Source: TPA_inf: Saccharomyces
Taxonomy: Eukaryota
Assembly: GCA_000146045.2 (NCBI GenBank)
Contig: BK006943.2
Location: forward strand, 160,001-224,000
Length of the DNA: 64,000 nt
Reading direction: 5' to 3'
Under the pieces are notes generated by a model, which was not told the origin of the DNA, made no database searches, and worked only from the letters and a program-made list of their open reading frames with translations. Numbering within the stretch: the first letter of the stretch is position 1; each line of letters opens with the position of its first letter. The translations under genes were made by a program, and so were the position numbers. Positions 1 through 13,598 of the stretch are shown piece by piece.

Positions 1-618
1 TCATGCTTGATGCTCGGCTCCCACCGGAAAAACTAACTTGCGGGCGGGAAATTGATCCCTGAAGTCATGCCCCTCACCTTCATTCGTGGATCTTATCTCC
101 AGAGCAACCAAATGTGGAAATGGCATGACACCCCCCCACACACGTTCCGCCCACTTTTTTTCAAATGTGTGACACACCCATACCCCATAATGTTGCACGT
201 GACAGGTTTGTATCACGTGCTTCTTAGGGTTTTGTTTTAGGTCTGAGACATTTTAGGGTTTTTTTTCATCAAGTCTAGATCGTTTGTAACGAACGATTGC
301 TCCTTTTTTCTTTTTTTTTTGCTTTTTTTTTATACTCACCGTTTACTGTCATTATGTCTCTCGAGAAACTGGGCGTGTGTGCTAACCAAGACTGGATCAC
401 CTTTACATAGCACTTATTGCATTTCTTGGTGTTTCGTACCCTACAATTGACAAAAGTAATTTTGTCGTTCATTTCTTCATCGATTCTTTCCTCTTTCAAC
501 AACTTCCTTATTTTATCTTGGGATCGTAACTTCACTTAATTAATCACGATTCCCATATTCGTTAACACCTCTTAAGGTTTGCTGTAAATATATTTATGTT
601 ATAAAAAAAGAAGATATT

Positions 619-1563
619 ATGGTAGAAAACTCGTCGAGTAATAATTCAACAAGGCCAATTCCAGCAATACCTATGGATCTACCCGATTATGAGGCGCTCC
701 CCACCCACGCGCCATTGTACCATCAACTTATAGCGGGTGCATTTGCTGGTATAATGGAACATTCAGTGATGTTCCCGATAGATGCCCTTAAGACGCGAAT
801 ACAATCAGCCAACGCGAAATCGCTGTCTGCCAAGAATATGCTTTCGCAAATATCTCACATCTCTACTTCCGAAGGAACTCTAGCCCTATGGAAGGGTGTT
901 CAGTCTGTCATACTAGGTGCGGGACCTGCGCATGCAGTGTATTTTGGTACGTATGAGTTCTGCAAAAAAAATCTTATCGATTCGAGTGATACGCAAACGC
1001 ACCATCCTTTTAAGACAGCTATCAGTGGTGCCTGTGCCACCACGGCATCTGACGCATTAATGAACCCATTCGACACAATAAAACAGAGAATCCAACTCAA
1101 TACCTCGGCATCAGTATGGCAAACCACAAAGCAGATTTACCAATCTGAAGGTTTGGCAGCATTTTATTATTCTTACCCAACCACCCTAGTAATGAACATC
1201 CCATTTGCAGCATTTAATTTCGTCATATATGAATCATCCACAAAATTTTTAAACCCATCAAATGAGTACAACCCCCTCATACATTGTCTGTGTGGCAGTA
1301 TCAGCGGATCGACATGTGCGGCGATCACAACACCTTTAGACTGCATAAAGACAGTACTGCAGATAAGGGGCAGTCAAACAGTTTCGTTGGAAATTATGAG
1401 AAAGGCGGATACTTTTAGTAAAGCAGCCAGTGCCATATATCAAGTTTATGGCTGGAAAGGGTTTTGGAGAGGTTGGAAACCAAGGATAGTGGCAAACATG
1501 CCGGCTACTGCTATATCATGGACAGCTTATGAATGTGCAAAACATTTCCTAATGACGTATTAG
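619..1563 (+). CDS. MRS3: Mitochondrial carrier family protein, mitoferrin-type iron transporter (314 aa)
   Basis: Three Px[DE]xx[KR] carrier signature repeats (PIDALKTRIQ, PFDTIKQRIQ, PLDCIKTVLQ) and six predicted TM segments. ATG at 619. Length and position immediately left of YJL132W/URA2 match YJL133W. Confidence 0.85.
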   Translation: MVENSSSNNSTRPIPAIPMDLPDYEALPTHAPLYHQLIAGAFAGIMEHSVMFPIDALKTRIQSANAKSLSAKNMLSQISHISTSEGTLALWKGVQSVILGAGPAHAVYFGTYEFCKKNLIDSSDTQTHHPFKTAISGACATTASDALMNPFDTIKQRIQLNTSASVWQTTKQIYQSEGLAAFYYSYPTTLVMNIPFAAFNFVIYESSTKFLNPSNEYNPLIHCLCGSISGSTCAAITTPLDCIKTVLQIRGSQTVSLEIMRKADTFSKAASAIYQVYGWKGFWRGWKPRIVANMPATAISWTAYECAKHFLMTY

Positions 1564-1913
1564 TTGGTTCTTACATGTCATATTATTTTCCATTCATTTT
1601 GCATCTCAGAAGATTATGTGTATATTATCATTTTCCTGTTGTGACTTTATGTACATTTATATATACAAATTTAATTTGATAATCCCAAAGCTTGAGCTCT
1701 TTCCCTCAACGAAAAGTTTTCATTTTTTCTTCATTACTTTATATATCTATGTTTAGTATACCCAAAGGGTATTTCGGACGCAGGCAAGCTGCCATTATTT
1801 ATAGCGGAAACTCTAAGAGTGGTAAATCTATTTCTAAAAAAAAAAAAGATTCATTCAAGCGCCCTCCTTGGTTAGTTAGTTAGAAACATGTATTCAGAGG
1901 GAATTAAATAAAG

Positions 1914-4166
1914 ATGAGTATAATTAGTTCTTGGTTACTTGTCTCTATTATTTGCTTAACTACTTCTATTGTAACAAAATTGCAAGCTGCTGGAGTTACT
2001 ACCCATCTATTTTATTTAACAAGAGGTGCTCCCTTAAGTTTAAAGGAAAACTATTATCCTTGGTTGAAAGCTGGTTCTTTCTTTCCGGATGCTTTGTACT
2101 CATGTGCACCTTCAAATAAGGATTGGTCTGATTTTGCAGAATTCACTCATTGGCCCAATTTCTTAATGATTGCAGTATCTTATTGGCAGCAAAAGTATGG
2201 TCAGAACGATCGACTTCGGGGAACTCACGGCTCACTCGCACTAAAGTCATTTTTAATAGGGGTATTCACTCATCAGATAGTTGATGTTTCCTGGCATTCG
2301 TTAGTTACCGATTATAGAATGCACGGACTACTCCGAGTTCTCAGCGAAACAGAATTTGATGGAGATATTGAAACTGCTCATACGTTTTTAGACGTTATGG
2401 GTGAATTCCTCACCTTAAATAATGTAATCCGTGACAGTAATAATAACGAAAATTGGGATTTTTTAACTCGCTCTGATTGGAAATTGCCCAGAGAAGAGGA
2501 TTTAATGGAAATTATAAGGAACGCTGGACTTTCAAAGGAAAAGTTGTCCTACGCAGAACTGGAATTTTGCGTTAAAAGAGGAATGGCAGCGGCTATTAGT
2601 GAAGGGTACCTATTCCGCTCTCAAAGAAACCAATTGTTAACTAATATTTACTCAACATCCCCCAGGGCTAATGATCTAATACTGAATCATTGGCTAGGAG
2701 GGCAGTCCAATTTGGTTGCAATGCTCCAAAGATGCGTGCCTTTCTTCGAGACTTTGTTTCATGACGAGAATACTAATGAAGCTCAAGCAGAAGAACTGAG
2801 ATTATGTGCTAATTTACCGCCAGTATCACAAAAACGGATAAATGCACGACCTTTGGTCTCTTCATTAAAAGCACGTAAGGGAAATAGCCACATTGTCGTA
2901 TCTCCCATGAAATCATTTTCCGATTTTGGCACAAGCCTGACTATGGGAAAATTTCGAGAAGACAACAAGGATTATCTCGCTGTAAGTGCACCACTTGAAG
3001 ACACAGTTGGTGCAATCTATATAGTTCCATGGGATATTCTAACTGTAGCAAGAAAAGAGGATTTTAGCATTTTACAACCCATCACTGCCATGTACGGTTC
3101 AAAGGTCGGGACATACAAGGCAAGTGATGTTGACTACCTACTCGTTTCACAGCCTGGTACCTGTACAATCGACTTTTACTTCAAAGGAGTAAAAATACTG
3201 ACAATCAAGGATGAGACCACCGAAGAAGCACATCAGTTACAATTTGCTGTAACAGGTAATTTTTATGATGATAAGATTCCTGATTTGGTGGTGTCAAGCC
3301 CAAGTTATGGTGCCAACGAAACTGGAATTGCAACATTTATCCCAGGATCTTCCATAATAAGCTATTTGACCAATTCAGACAAATATCAAGTAGTTGATAT
3401 CTCAACTTTTAAGGGCGTTATTAACCTTGACGGGTACCCTATGAAAATACCATTTCAGCATTTCGGGGCAACAATTCAGATATCTGACACGACTGACAAA
3501 CAAAAGTTAATATATATTACATGTCAAAGTCTTGGTACTGTTTTTGTTTATTCGAGTAATGATTTACACGATTTGTCCATCCCAATATATTATATAACGA
3601 AAAATGGCGTCATTCCAGCAAAGGACAGTGACCACGTTGAGTGGCATATAATTCCCTCAAAAGAACATGGTATGTTCGGTGCAGCCATATATTCTTGGAA
3701 TTTTGAAGGTATGAGTTTTGTAGCCGTATCTCAACCAATGTTTGACACTGTGTTTATATATATTGAGAAGTCTGGGCAAATAGAGTTTTTCTTAAAACTG
3801 GTTCTAAAGATTAAGACAAAATCAGATTCAATCCCGGATGAGTTTGGTTCATCTTTGCTGTTTAATGACGAAGAAAAGAAATTGTACGTTTCCTCCCCAG
3901 GCAGTTTCGATGCAAGAGGAAGTATATGGAAAATTAGTATGGATGAGCTATTAAAGGCGGGAAACGATCCGAAGCGCAAAACCCTTTTGATTAATAATTT
4001 AAGGCATCTCATGCTCATAAATCCTGACAAAAGTAGCAAGGGTGTGTCAAATTTTGGTAATAGCATGATTTTGGGTCCCCAAAATCACCTTATAGTAGGC
4101 ATTCCCCAATATGGGTATGGAAATTTTGATCACATGCAGCTAACCGGTAGAATCCTGGTACTTTAA
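1914..4166 (+). CDS. YJL132W: Uncharacterised 750-aa protein with an N-terminal hydrophobic signal/anchor. I recall it as GPI-specific phospholipase D-like / FG-GAP repeat-like.
   Basis: ATG at 1914; 750 aa matches YJL132W in the S288C gene order. N-terminal hydrophobic segment MSIISSWLLVSIICLTTSIV. Repeated VxSxPxxG / FG..GxxDG-like segments in the C-terminal half are consistent with a beta-propeller. The product name is from memory, not verified here. Confidence 0.7.
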   Translation: MSIISSWLLVSIICLTTSIVTKLQAAGVTTHLFYLTRGAPLSLKENYYPWLKAGSFFPDALYSCAPSNKDWSDFAEFTHWPNFLMIAVSYWQQKYGQNDRLRGTHGSLALKSFLIGVFTHQIVDVSWHSLVTDYRMHGLLRVLSETEFDGDIETAHTFLDVMGEFLTLNNVIRDSNNNENWDFLTRSDWKLPREEDLMEIIRNAGLSKEKLSYAELEFCVKRGMAAAISEGYLFRSQRNQLLTNIYSTSPRANDLILNHWLGGQSNLVAMLQRCVPFFETLFHDENTNEAQAEELRLCANLPPVSQKRINARPLVSSLKARKGNSHIVVSPMKSFSDFGTSLTMGKFREDNKDYLAVSAPLEDTVGAIYIVPWDILTVARKEDFSILQPITAMYGSKVGTYKASDVDYLLVSQPGTCTIDFYFKGVKILTIKDETTEEAHQLQFAVTGNFYDDKIPDLVVSSPSYGANETGIATFIPGSSIISYLTNSDKYQVVDISTFKGVINLDGYPMKIPFQHFGATIQISDTTDKQKLIYITCQSLGTVFVYSSNDLHDLSIPIYYITKNGVIPAKDSDHVEWHIIPSKEHGMFGAAIYSWNFEGMSFVAVSQPMFDTVFIYIEKSGQIEFFLKLVLKIKTKSDSIPDEFGSSLLFNDEEKKLYVSSPGSFDARGSIWKISMDELLKAGNDPKRKTLLINNLRHLMLINPDKSSKGVSNFGNSMILGPQNHLIVGIPQYGYGNFDHMQLTGRILVL

Positions 4167-4277
4167 TGATAAGTTATTATGTACAAGCATCGGTTTAGTT
4201 CAATTACATTAATTTAATACTTGAAAAGCATATTTGGCAATATGCGCTATATATATTCTGATGTCATTTGCTTCTAT

Positions 4278-5372
<1,095 letters not shown>

Positions 5373-5722
5373 TTACTGTGTATGCATCAGGTATGCATTT
5401 TGTGATATATAGCTGTTATAGTTTTCTGAACTTACTTTTTTAGACCCTTAAAGTTCTTACCGTCGCGGGAAAATTCAGGTAAAATTCAAGAGCTCAGGAT
5501 GAAAACTAGACAAAAGGAACGAGATTACCTTCAACTCCTATGCCTTAAACATTTTTTGTTTCCTCAAGAAAATTTGTTTACAAAATCATTCCATCTTTTG
5601 TTTTAAATAAAAACTCGACTTTGGGAAATCATATTATTGAGTGTAATATACAAATAAAAATATTGGTTAAAAAAGTTTAATAATAGATTATAAATTTAAA
5701 ATACGGATAGGTCTCTTATCAT

Positions 5723-8700
5723 TCACATATCAACACCCATGACCATGGCCAACAAAGCCATTCTGACGAACAAACCATACTTCATTTGTCTGAAGTAAGC
5801 AGCACGATGATCGTAGTCCACTTCCTCTTTGATTTCATTTACACGAGGCAATGGATGCATGATAGCCATATTTTCTTTGGCGTGTGCCAAGATCTTGTTG
5901 TCCACGATATAAGTATCCTTCAGACGTGCATATTCTTCAGGGCTATTGAATCTTTCTTCTTGGACCCTTGTACAATACAGAACATCGGTCTTTGAGATGA
6001 TATGAGGGGTTAATTCAATGCTCTCAACACCAAGTAAGCCAGCTTTTCTTAGCTCTTCTCTTAATCCTTCTGGTAACCTCAATTCCGGAGGAGAAACAAG
6101 ATTAATTCTGACTTGATAGTGCATTAACAAACGACACAATGAATGTACGGTTCTACCATGTTTGAGATCACCCATGAAAGTAACAGTAATACCATTAACA
6201 GTACCGATTTCTTCACGAATCGTAAACAAATCCAAGAAGGCCTGCGTAGGATGCTCGCGAGAACCATTACCACCATTAATAATTGGAACAGGAGAATATT
6301 TAGCGGCGATATGAACAGACATTTCTTCTGAATGACGCATGACAATGGCATCACTGTAACAAGCCAAAGTTCTGATAGTATCTTGAAGGGTTTCACCTTT
6401 CTTGACAGAAGACACCAATGGATTAACATTTACAATTCTACCACCCAAACGTTCCATAGCAGCAATGAATGAAGAACAAGTACGAGTAGATGGTTCAAAG
6501 AAAATTGTAGTAATAACGTGGCCTTTCATTAAATCTAAGACACCTTCTCTTGCGACAGCTGCCCTTAGTTCTTGTGCAACAGCAAACAACACATGGAAAT
6601 CAGAACGTTTGAATTGTTTGATAGACAATATATGTCTTCCGCGGAATGGATTGTTACTACGGATCAAATTCTGGATGGCGCCTGGAGCAACAAGTTCTCT
6701 TGGTGGCCTTGAAGACATCAATTTTTGTTCCAAAGGCTGTTCTGGAATTGCATCCTCCGCGGCATCTAAATTATCAGCGATTGCTTCTTCCGTGATCGAG
6801 AACCTTCTTTTAGCACTAGTAGATTGGAGCTCTGCGGAAGCAGTTATGGAAGCTGGACTTGGATTAACAATGCATTTTCCTTTGGCGCCTGGTGAAACTA
6901 ATTCACCGCTCAAAACTAATGTTTCGCCATTATAGACAACACGCTCAATACCACCGTTCATATCTTTGTTGAATGGTGACCATCTCTTATTACGTCTGAA
7001 AGAATAATCCAAATCAATTTCGACAACTGAGTCCTGAGTAGGGATGTTGAAAATTTTAGCGGGATTGTCATGCAGACGAAGGACGATATCATCAATGGTT
7101 AATTTACCTTCTTCAACAGCAGCCAACAATAGTGGTAATGAATCTTTGATACCCATACCAACATCAACCTTGTTACCTGTGACATTTGCCAAGGCGACAG
7201 GAAGAGCACCGACAGAGAAAGCATCGATACTATCAAGGTTGTTCCAGAAAAACTCTTGATCTTCCTTAGTAGGCAAGAAAACTGCCTCCGGATAGTCATC
7301 TTGGGCAATAAACAAAGAATAAATATTGACATCACAAGTCACTCTAGGGTCTTTTGCCTTGACCGTCATGATCAAAGCTAAATCTTCCTTATTCGAAACA
7401 CCAGTAATGTGAATAGATCTGTTTTGAAGGGAGGTTAACAATAAAACCGATGCCAAATCTGCAGTTTTAGCTTCTGCAATCACTTGCTTTTCAGTTGGCC
7501 ACTGATTCAGAAGTTCAGCTACTGCTGTGATCTTGTTCTTTAATTCACGTAGGGGCAAAAACAATGCTGTCACTTTGCTAGCAGATTGCGTAACACTATG
7601 AGCATTGTGTGCTGTACCAGCAATAGTGAAAGAAAAGTCAGTGTAAGATGAATCTTGGGAAACAGAGTTTGCGGCCTTCAAGGATGCAACGTCAGTAATA
7701 ACAGGTCCGCTGATGGATCTGGGCATCAATTGACAGTATGTAAAACCGGATTCCAAAAATAGACGTGTGGTCTCCTTCAGTTCAGCTGGGCCTTTGATAA
7801 CATGGGATGCATTCGGAACATAAGTTGCGATATTGATTAAACCAGGTAAGGTAATAGTTCTGTGGGAAGTTTGTGCATCACGTTCAGAAACATCTAAAGT
7901 GATATTTCTTGAAATGGCTTCAATCAACAATTTTGCACATTTAACGTTAGTAACCAACGGAACCGAATAATCGACAGCCAAACGACGTGTTTTATACCCC
8001 TTTGAAACATAGGATGCAGGACGACGGAACCTGTTGGCAGAAGGCAAGTTGATGTAAAGGTCAATTTCATTATTAGCCAAATGTTGAGTAAGTGAGTATT
8101 CTGATTTTTGATCATCATCATCCTTGTTTAAAACCTCCAGATATTGGACGGCAATACCATGTTCAGATAAAAAGTCAGCAGTACCTGATGTTGCAAATAA
8201 TTTATATCCCATGTTGTATAGTTTTTGTACGGAAGAAAGCAATTCTTGTTTTTCCTTGTAAGAACCAATAGACAATAAAATATTCTTCTTTGGAAGTTTG
8301 AAGCCGGTTGCCAACAAAGACTTTAAGTATGCTTCATACTTCGAGTGGCCAAAAGTAGCGACTTCACCAGTAGAGGCCATTTCAACACCTAAGACTGGAT
8401 CAGCTCCTGCTAAACGTGGGAAAGAGAATTGTGGTACTTTAACGGCGACATAATCATCTGGTAATTTTTCAACAGGATAAGGCGTCAAAGGCAAACCCAT
8501 TATGGCCTTTGTTGCCAATTCAATCAGATTGACGCCAACAACCTTTGAAATGAATGGGAAAGATCTCGAAGCACGAACATTACATTCTATGACCTTGATT
8601 TCATTGTCCTTTGCAATGAATTGGATGTTGTATGGACCTGTAATTTTCAAAGCCTTACCAATTTTAGCAGTGGCGACAACAATTCTATCCACAGTTTCAG

Positions 8701-11700
8701 GAGCCAAATCTTGAGGTGGAACGATTAATGTTGCATCACCCGAGTGGACACCTGCATTTTCAACATGCTCAGAGACAACATGCATAACCAATTCACCATT
8801 TCTTGCAACTGCATCCATTTCAATCTCCTTTGCGTTTTCAATATATTTAGTGATAACAACAGGATAATCACGTGAAACTTCGACGGCTTGGTTTAAGTAG
8901 GATTCCAAATCGTTTTTAGAATAAACAGTATTCATGGCGGCACCGGATAACACATAAGATGGACGTACCAAAACTGGATAACCCACCTTTTCGGCAAAAG
9001 ATTCAGCTTCGTCCATGGATGTCAATTCTTTCCAAGCTGGTTGGTCAACACCAATTTGATCCAACATACGAGAGAACTTGTAACGGTTTTCAGCAGAATC
9101 AATCATGTCAGGGGATGTACCAAGAATCTTTACATTTTCACGATGTAAAGTCATGGCGATGTTGTTGGAAGTTTGACCACCCATTGATACGACAACACCG
9201 CTTGAGTTTTCAATCTCGTAAATATCCAAAACTCTTTCAAGGTTGATGGTTTCAAAGTATAGTCTATCAGCCTCATCATAATCTGTGGAAACAGTTTCTG
9301 GATTATAGTTGACCATGATAGTTTTGATATTGTTGGCACGTAATGTTCTAACTGCAGTAACAGCACACCAATCAAATTCGACAGAAGAACCGATACGGTA
9401 AACACCAGAACCCAAGACCATAACACCGTGGTCATCAAAGGATAAATCGTGTGAGTCAGCATTGTATGTCATGTATAAATAGTTCGTGTAAGCGGGGAAT
9501 TCAGCGGCAACTGTATCAATTTGTTTGACAAATGGTGTAATTCCATATTCTTTTCTTAATCTACGGATGGCAACTTCGTTGGAATCCAAAAATCTTGCAA
9601 TCTGTCTGTCATCAAAACCTAACTGCTTAGCCTGTCTTAAAACTAAGGAAGGTAATTCCTCTTTAGTACCAAATGAACTAATTTTCTCAGCAAATTGGAC
9701 CAAATCGTGCAGTTTGTTTAAAAACCACTTATCAATTCTAGTCATTTCCCAGACTTTATCAACAGAATATCCCTTCTTAGCAAAAGCATTTGCAATGGCG
9801 AAGACACGCATATCCGTAGGGTTGTTCAACTCGTAATCAATGTCGATATCTAGATCTGTCTCATTGAATCCGAGGTTAGCATATTCTGTGGATCTGATAG
9901 CTTTTTGAATAGCTTCTTCGAAGGTTCTACCGATGCTCATAACTTCACCAACAGATTTCATTGATGAAGATAATTCGGTAGAAACTCTGGTGAACTTCTT
10001 CAAATCCCATCTTGGCATTTTGACAACACAGTAGTCTAGAGAAGGTTCAAAACAAGCACATGTGGATTTTGTGACGGAATTCTTAACTTCATTTAATGGG
10101 ATATTCAAACCTAACTTAGCCGCAGTGTAGGCCAATGGGTAACCAGTAGCCTTAGAAGCTAAAGCAGAGGAACGTGACAAACGCGCATTAACTTCAATGA
10201 TGCAATAATCCTTAGAAACGGGATTTAAAGCATATTGGATATTACATTCACCAACAACACCTAAGTGTCTAATAACATTAACAGCAGTAGTTCTTAACAT
10301 ATTGTAATCTTCATCAGATAAAGTTTGAGATGGGGCTACAACGATGGAATCACCGGTGTGAATACCTAGTGGATCAAAATTTTCCATATTACAAACAGTA
10401 ATACAGTTGTCAAAAGCATCACGAACAACTTCATATTCGACTTCTTTCCAACCTTTCATAGATTTCTCGACTAAAACTTGAGGTGAGGATGAAAATGCAA
10501 CATTACATAGATCAACCAATTCTTTTTCATTATTAGCGAAACCGGAACCTAAACCTCCCAATGCATATGCAGCACGTACAATAACTGGGAAACCGATCTC
10601 CTTGACAGCGGCCAATGCCTCGTCCACTGAATTAGCAGCTTGAGATTTCGCACATTTTTCATTAATTTCGTCAATGGCATTACTGAAGAGTTCACGGTCT
10701 TCCGTGGTAATAATAGTATCGATTGGAGTACCCAATACTTTAACTCCTAACGCCTCAAATTCATCTTTCATGGCTATACCAACAGATAAAGCAGTTTGTC
10801 CACCAAATGTCACATAAATGGCGTCCGGCCTTTCATGTAAAATAACTTTTCTCACGAACTCTGCAGTAACAGGAACAAAATAAACCTTATCAGCCAACCC
10901 TTTCGAAGTTTGGATGGTAGCAATGTTTGGATTAATTAAAATTGTATAGATACCTTCTTCTTTCAAAGCTTTGATGGCTTGAGAACCAGAGTAGTCAAAT
11001 TCACCAGCTTGACCGATGGACAAACCACCAGAACCGAGAACTAGAACCTTCTTCGCTTCGATTCTAGGGTGTGCCTTAACGTTATCCTCTAATAGGCCAC
11101 CTGGGAAAGCGATTGGTTTCAACACTTGTGTATACTTGAATTCTTTAACTGCTTGGATAAAAACGTCAAACAAGAATTCTGTATCTCTTGGGCCAGGTGT
11201 GGATTCTGGATGGAATTGGACGGAAAAATAAGGTAATTCAGAATGATAGATACCTTCGTTAGAGTCATCATTCGCGTTAACAAACAATGGCTTCCATCCG
11301 GAAGTTAGAGTGTCAACATCCACAGCGAACCCATGGTTTTGAGATGTTATGTAACAACGACCACTTATAGTTGATGTACAAGGTATGTTATGACCACGGT
11401 TACCAAATTTTAGTTTTAGGGTGGATGCACCGGCAGCTCTTGCTATCAATTGATGACCGAGACAAATACCGAATACTGGCGTCTTTTTAGCCTCCAGGAC
11501 ATTTGACAATCTTTGAGATAGATCATCTAGAACAGATGGATCACCTGGACCATTTGAAATAAACAGACCATCATAATCTTCTTTAGTGAAATCGTAGTTC
11601 CATGGAACAACTTTCAATTCTACACCCCTTTTGATAAAACAACGAATTTGATTGTATTTCATACCCACGTCAATGGCTAGAATCCTTAAAACTTTACCAT

Positions 11701-12367
11701 CGGGTCCGGTTTGCAATTCGATGTGCTTATTGTCTGCTGGAGGAACGTACAATTTAGGTTCATTGATGGAGACCTTAGAAACTAGGTTTTGAACATTTGG
11801 ATCCACCCATTCAGGAACATCAAACGCACTTCTCCAAGAGGAAGATCTGGAGATGGTTCTGTCAGAGCCGCTTTTTTCCAAAGACAACCTACCCAACATT
11901 GAACCTGCATCTCTCAAATGCTTGGTCAATGATCTTGTATCAACACCATAAACAGCTGGGATCCCTTCATTTTGTAACCATTTACCTAAGGAAGATTTAG
12001 CAAGATAATGAGAGTACTCGTCGGTATAGTGAGAAATAACTAAACCGGCAATATGGATTCTATTACTTTCAAAATATCTTGGCAATTCTTCGACCAATTC
12101 ATCTCTCAAGTGCATATCTGGGACACCATAATTGCCTACCAATGGGTAAGTGATGACTAAGATCTGGCCTTCATAAGATGGATCGGTCACAGATTCAGGA
12201 TAACCAACCATACCAGTTTGGAAAACTAATTCACCAGCGACGGATTTCTCAGCACCAAATGAATAACCTTGTAAGACCGTGCCGTCCTTAAGTTCCAACG
12301 TAACCAGACGGTCACCCGTAGATTCCATTGGAGGGGTGATTGGAGCAGTGGGAGCAATAGTGGCCAT
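5723..12367 (-). CDS. URA2: Multifunctional pyrimidine biosynthesis protein: glutamine amidotransferase, carbamoyl-phosphate synthetase, inactive dihydroorotase-like domain, aspartate transcarbamylase (2214 aa)
   Basis: N-terminus [20 protein letters not shown]. GATase class I region with catalytic Cys (GICLGHQL). Two ATP-grasp CPSase halves. C-terminal ATCase with STRTR and HPLP motifs. The track ORF starts at an upstream TTG (12418). The true ATG at 12365-12367 gives 2214 aa. Confidence 0.95.
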   Translation of the reverse strand: MATIAPTAPITPPMESTGDRLVTLELKDGTVLQGYSFGAEKSVAGELVFQTGMVGYPESVTDPSYEGQILVITYPLVGNYGVPDMHLRDELVEELPRYFESNRIHIAGLVISHYTDEYSHYLAKSSLGKWLQNEGIPAVYGVDTRSLTKHLRDAGSMLGRLSLEKSGSDRTISRSSSWRSAFDVPEWVDPNVQNLVSKVSINEPKLYVPPADNKHIELQTGPDGKVLRILAIDVGMKYNQIRCFIKRGVELKVVPWNYDFTKEDYDGLFISNGPGDPSVLDDLSQRLSNVLEAKKTPVFGICLGHQLIARAAGASTLKLKFGNRGHNIPCTSTISGRCYITSQNHGFAVDVDTLTSGWKPLFVNANDDSNEGIYHSELPYFSVQFHPESTPGPRDTEFLFDVFIQAVKEFKYTQVLKPIAFPGGLLEDNVKAHPRIEAKKVLVLGSGGLSIGQAGEFDYSGSQAIKALKEEGIYTILINPNIATIQTSKGLADKVYFVPVTAEFVRKVILHERPDAIYVTFGGQTALSVGIAMKDEFEALGVKVLGTPIDTIITTEDRELFSNAIDEINEKCAKSQAANSVDEALAAVKEIGFPVIVRAAYALGGLGSGFANNEKELVDLCNVAFSSSPQVLVEKSMKGWKEVEYEVVRDAFDNCITVCNMENFDPLGIHTGDSIVVAPSQTLSDEDYNMLRTTAVNVIRHLGVVGECNIQYALNPVSKDYCIIEVNARLSRSSALASKATGYPLAYTAAKLGLNIPLNEVKNSVTKSTCACFEPSLDYCVVKMPRWDLKKFTRVSTELSSSMKSVGEVMSIGRTFEEAIQKAIRSTEYANLGFNETDLDIDIDYELNNPTDMRVFAIANAFAKKGYSVDKVWEMTRIDKWFLNKLHDLVQFAEKISSFGTKEELPSLVLRQAKQLGFDDRQIARFLDSNEVAIRRLRKEYGITPFVKQIDTVAAEFPAYTNYLYMTYNADSHDLSFDDHGVMVLGSGVYRIGSSVEFDWCAVTAVRTLRANNIKTIMVNYNPETVSTDYDEADRLYFETINLERVLDIYEIENSSGVVVSMGGQTSNNIAMTLHRENVKILGTSPDMIDSAENRYKFSRMLDQIGVDQPAWKELTSMDEAESFAEKVGYPVLVRPSYVLSGAAMNTVYSKNDLESYLNQAVEVSRDYPVVITKYIENAKEIEMDAVARNGELVMHVVSEHVENAGVHSGDATLIVPPQDLAPETVDRIVVATAKIGKALKITGPYNIQFIAKDNEIKVIECNVRASRSFPFISKVVGVNLIELATKAIMGLPLTPYPVEKLPDDYVAVKVPQFSFPRLAGADPVLGVEMASTGEVATFGHSKYEAYLKSLLATGFKLPKKNILLSIGSYKEKQELLSSVQKLYNMGYKLFATSGTADFLSEHGIAVQYLEVLNKDDDDQKSEYSLTQHLANNEIDLYINLPSANRFRRPASYVSKGYKTRRLAVDYSVPLVTNVKCAKLLIEAISRNITLDVSERDAQTSHRTITLPGLINIATYVPNASHVIKGPAELKETTRLFLESGFTYCQLMPRSISGPVITDVASLKAANSVSQDSSYTDFSFTIAGTAHNAHSVTQSASKVTALFLPLRELKNKITAVAELLNQWPTEKQVIAEAKTADLASVLLLTSLQNRSIHITGVSNKEDLALIMTVKAKDPRVTCDVNIYSLFIAQDDYPEAVFLPTKEDQEFFWNNLDSIDAFSVGALPVALANVTGNKVDVGMGIKDSLPLLLAAVEEGKLTIDDIVLRLHDNPAKIFNIPTQDSVVEIDLDYSFRRNKRWSPFNKDMNGGIERVVYNGETLVLSGELVSPGAKGKCIVNPSPASITASAELQSTSAKRRFSITEEAIADNLDAAEDAIPEQPLEQKLMSSRPPRELVAPGAIQNLIRSNNPFRGRHILSIKQFKRSDFHVLFAVAQELRAAVAREGVLDLMKGHVITTIFFEPSTRTCSSFIAAMERLGGRIVNVNPLVSSVKKGETLQDTIRTLACYSDAIVMRHSEEMSVHIAAKYSPVPIINGGNGSREHPTQAFLDLFTIREEIGTVNGITVTFMGDLKHGRTVHSLCRLLMHYQVRINLVSPPELRLPEGLREELRKAGLLGVESIELTPHIISKTDVLYCTRVQEERFNSPEEYARLKDTYIVDNKILAHAKENMAIMHPLPRVNEIKEEVDYDHRAAYFRQMKYGLFVRMALLAMVMGVDM

Positions 12368-13598
12368 ATTATGATTGTTATATTCTATTAGGTAAGGTTT
12401 ATGTGTTGTATGCTGCAATTAGTTATGGATTTCTATCGTCGTTAATATTAATGTTAGTAATTGTTGATCGTTCAAGCCAGATGCCGATATAAAATCAGAA
12501 CTAATTGAAGAGATTGATTTGCTTTCGTGCCATGAAGATCTCTATCAATTGCGATTCTTTTCTTTTTTTTTTCTTTCTTTTTTTTCTTTCCTATTCCAGG
12601 TAATGAAAAACGACATCATCGCAGAGTCAAACGGCTTCTATTTTCCACGCCCAGATACTAAAATACGCGCCCACTGATATTGCGACTGGCATCGCATGGT
12701 CTGAATAGATGGCAACATTAAGGCTTCTCAAAAGTAATCATAAAAAACATACTCAAATTTGAATGCTAACGGATTATAATGTTTCCTTTTTCTTTCAATT
12801 CAAAGTTGAACGTGGTGAGTCTTTAACAAAAGAGTAGAAGTATTTATAAGTTTTTTTGGCTAGATATAGCGGTATTCCTCAATTCTTTCTCAAGTGCTTC
12901 CGTAGAGAAAATGTTCAGGAAACCTTTTGTTTGTGGTTGTTGTCGACAGGTTTTTTATTTTCTACAATCAAGAATAAGATAAAAATACAAGACCATTAGG
13001 AAAGACGATAATTTGAAAGAAAATTGGTGTAGTTAAAACATACTAGATATGATATTATACTAATTGAGCAAAATAGAGAAGGAAAGAGAGGATTCTCTCT
13101 CTGAGTAAAATCGATGAGTGGGGATTTTGTCAAAGTATTTATACTTTTTGTCCATACCATTTGTCCTACTTTTTTACCGTTTTTTTTTTTTTCAAGGCCA
13201 GGGAAAAAAGAGTCATTGCGTTTGTGTGACATTTCTTTTAATATTCATCGGAGAACACCGGCGGGCCACAGAGAAAAAAAAAAAGTCCATATTCCATGTA
13301 CACTGCAAATAACCAAGATTTTTCATTTTTCACGAAAAGAGGGACAATGTACTAATGGCGTTGACGATGACGAAAGCACCATTTTGGACATTGTATGTCG
13401 TACATTATCGTAGAGAGATTCGGTTGTCTTTAAGGGACCGAAAAAAAGAAAGAAATCTTAGGACATCAGAAATGTACGTAGGCAAATGTATATCACAATG
13501 TTACTAATCAAGGTTAAAAAAAAAAAATCCTTTTAATGCTTAATTACCTTCTTAAATATTGAGTACGAAAACCTATTTCTAAAGAATGAGTATATATG

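Noticed and set aside
1-240. Edge ORFs 1-216 (minus strand) and 52-240 (plus strand) at the left window boundary
   Set aside because: Short and overlapping each other, with no recognisable features. The region is the MRS3 upstream intergenic DNA. The minus-strand ORF is truncated by the window edge, so it cannot be assessed.
6402-6935. 177-aa plus-strand ORF, and other 60-100-aa ORFs, inside URA2 on the opposite strand
   Set aside because: Embedded antisense ORFs in a 6.6-kb highly conserved coding region. Expected by chance at this length, with no recognisable motifs.
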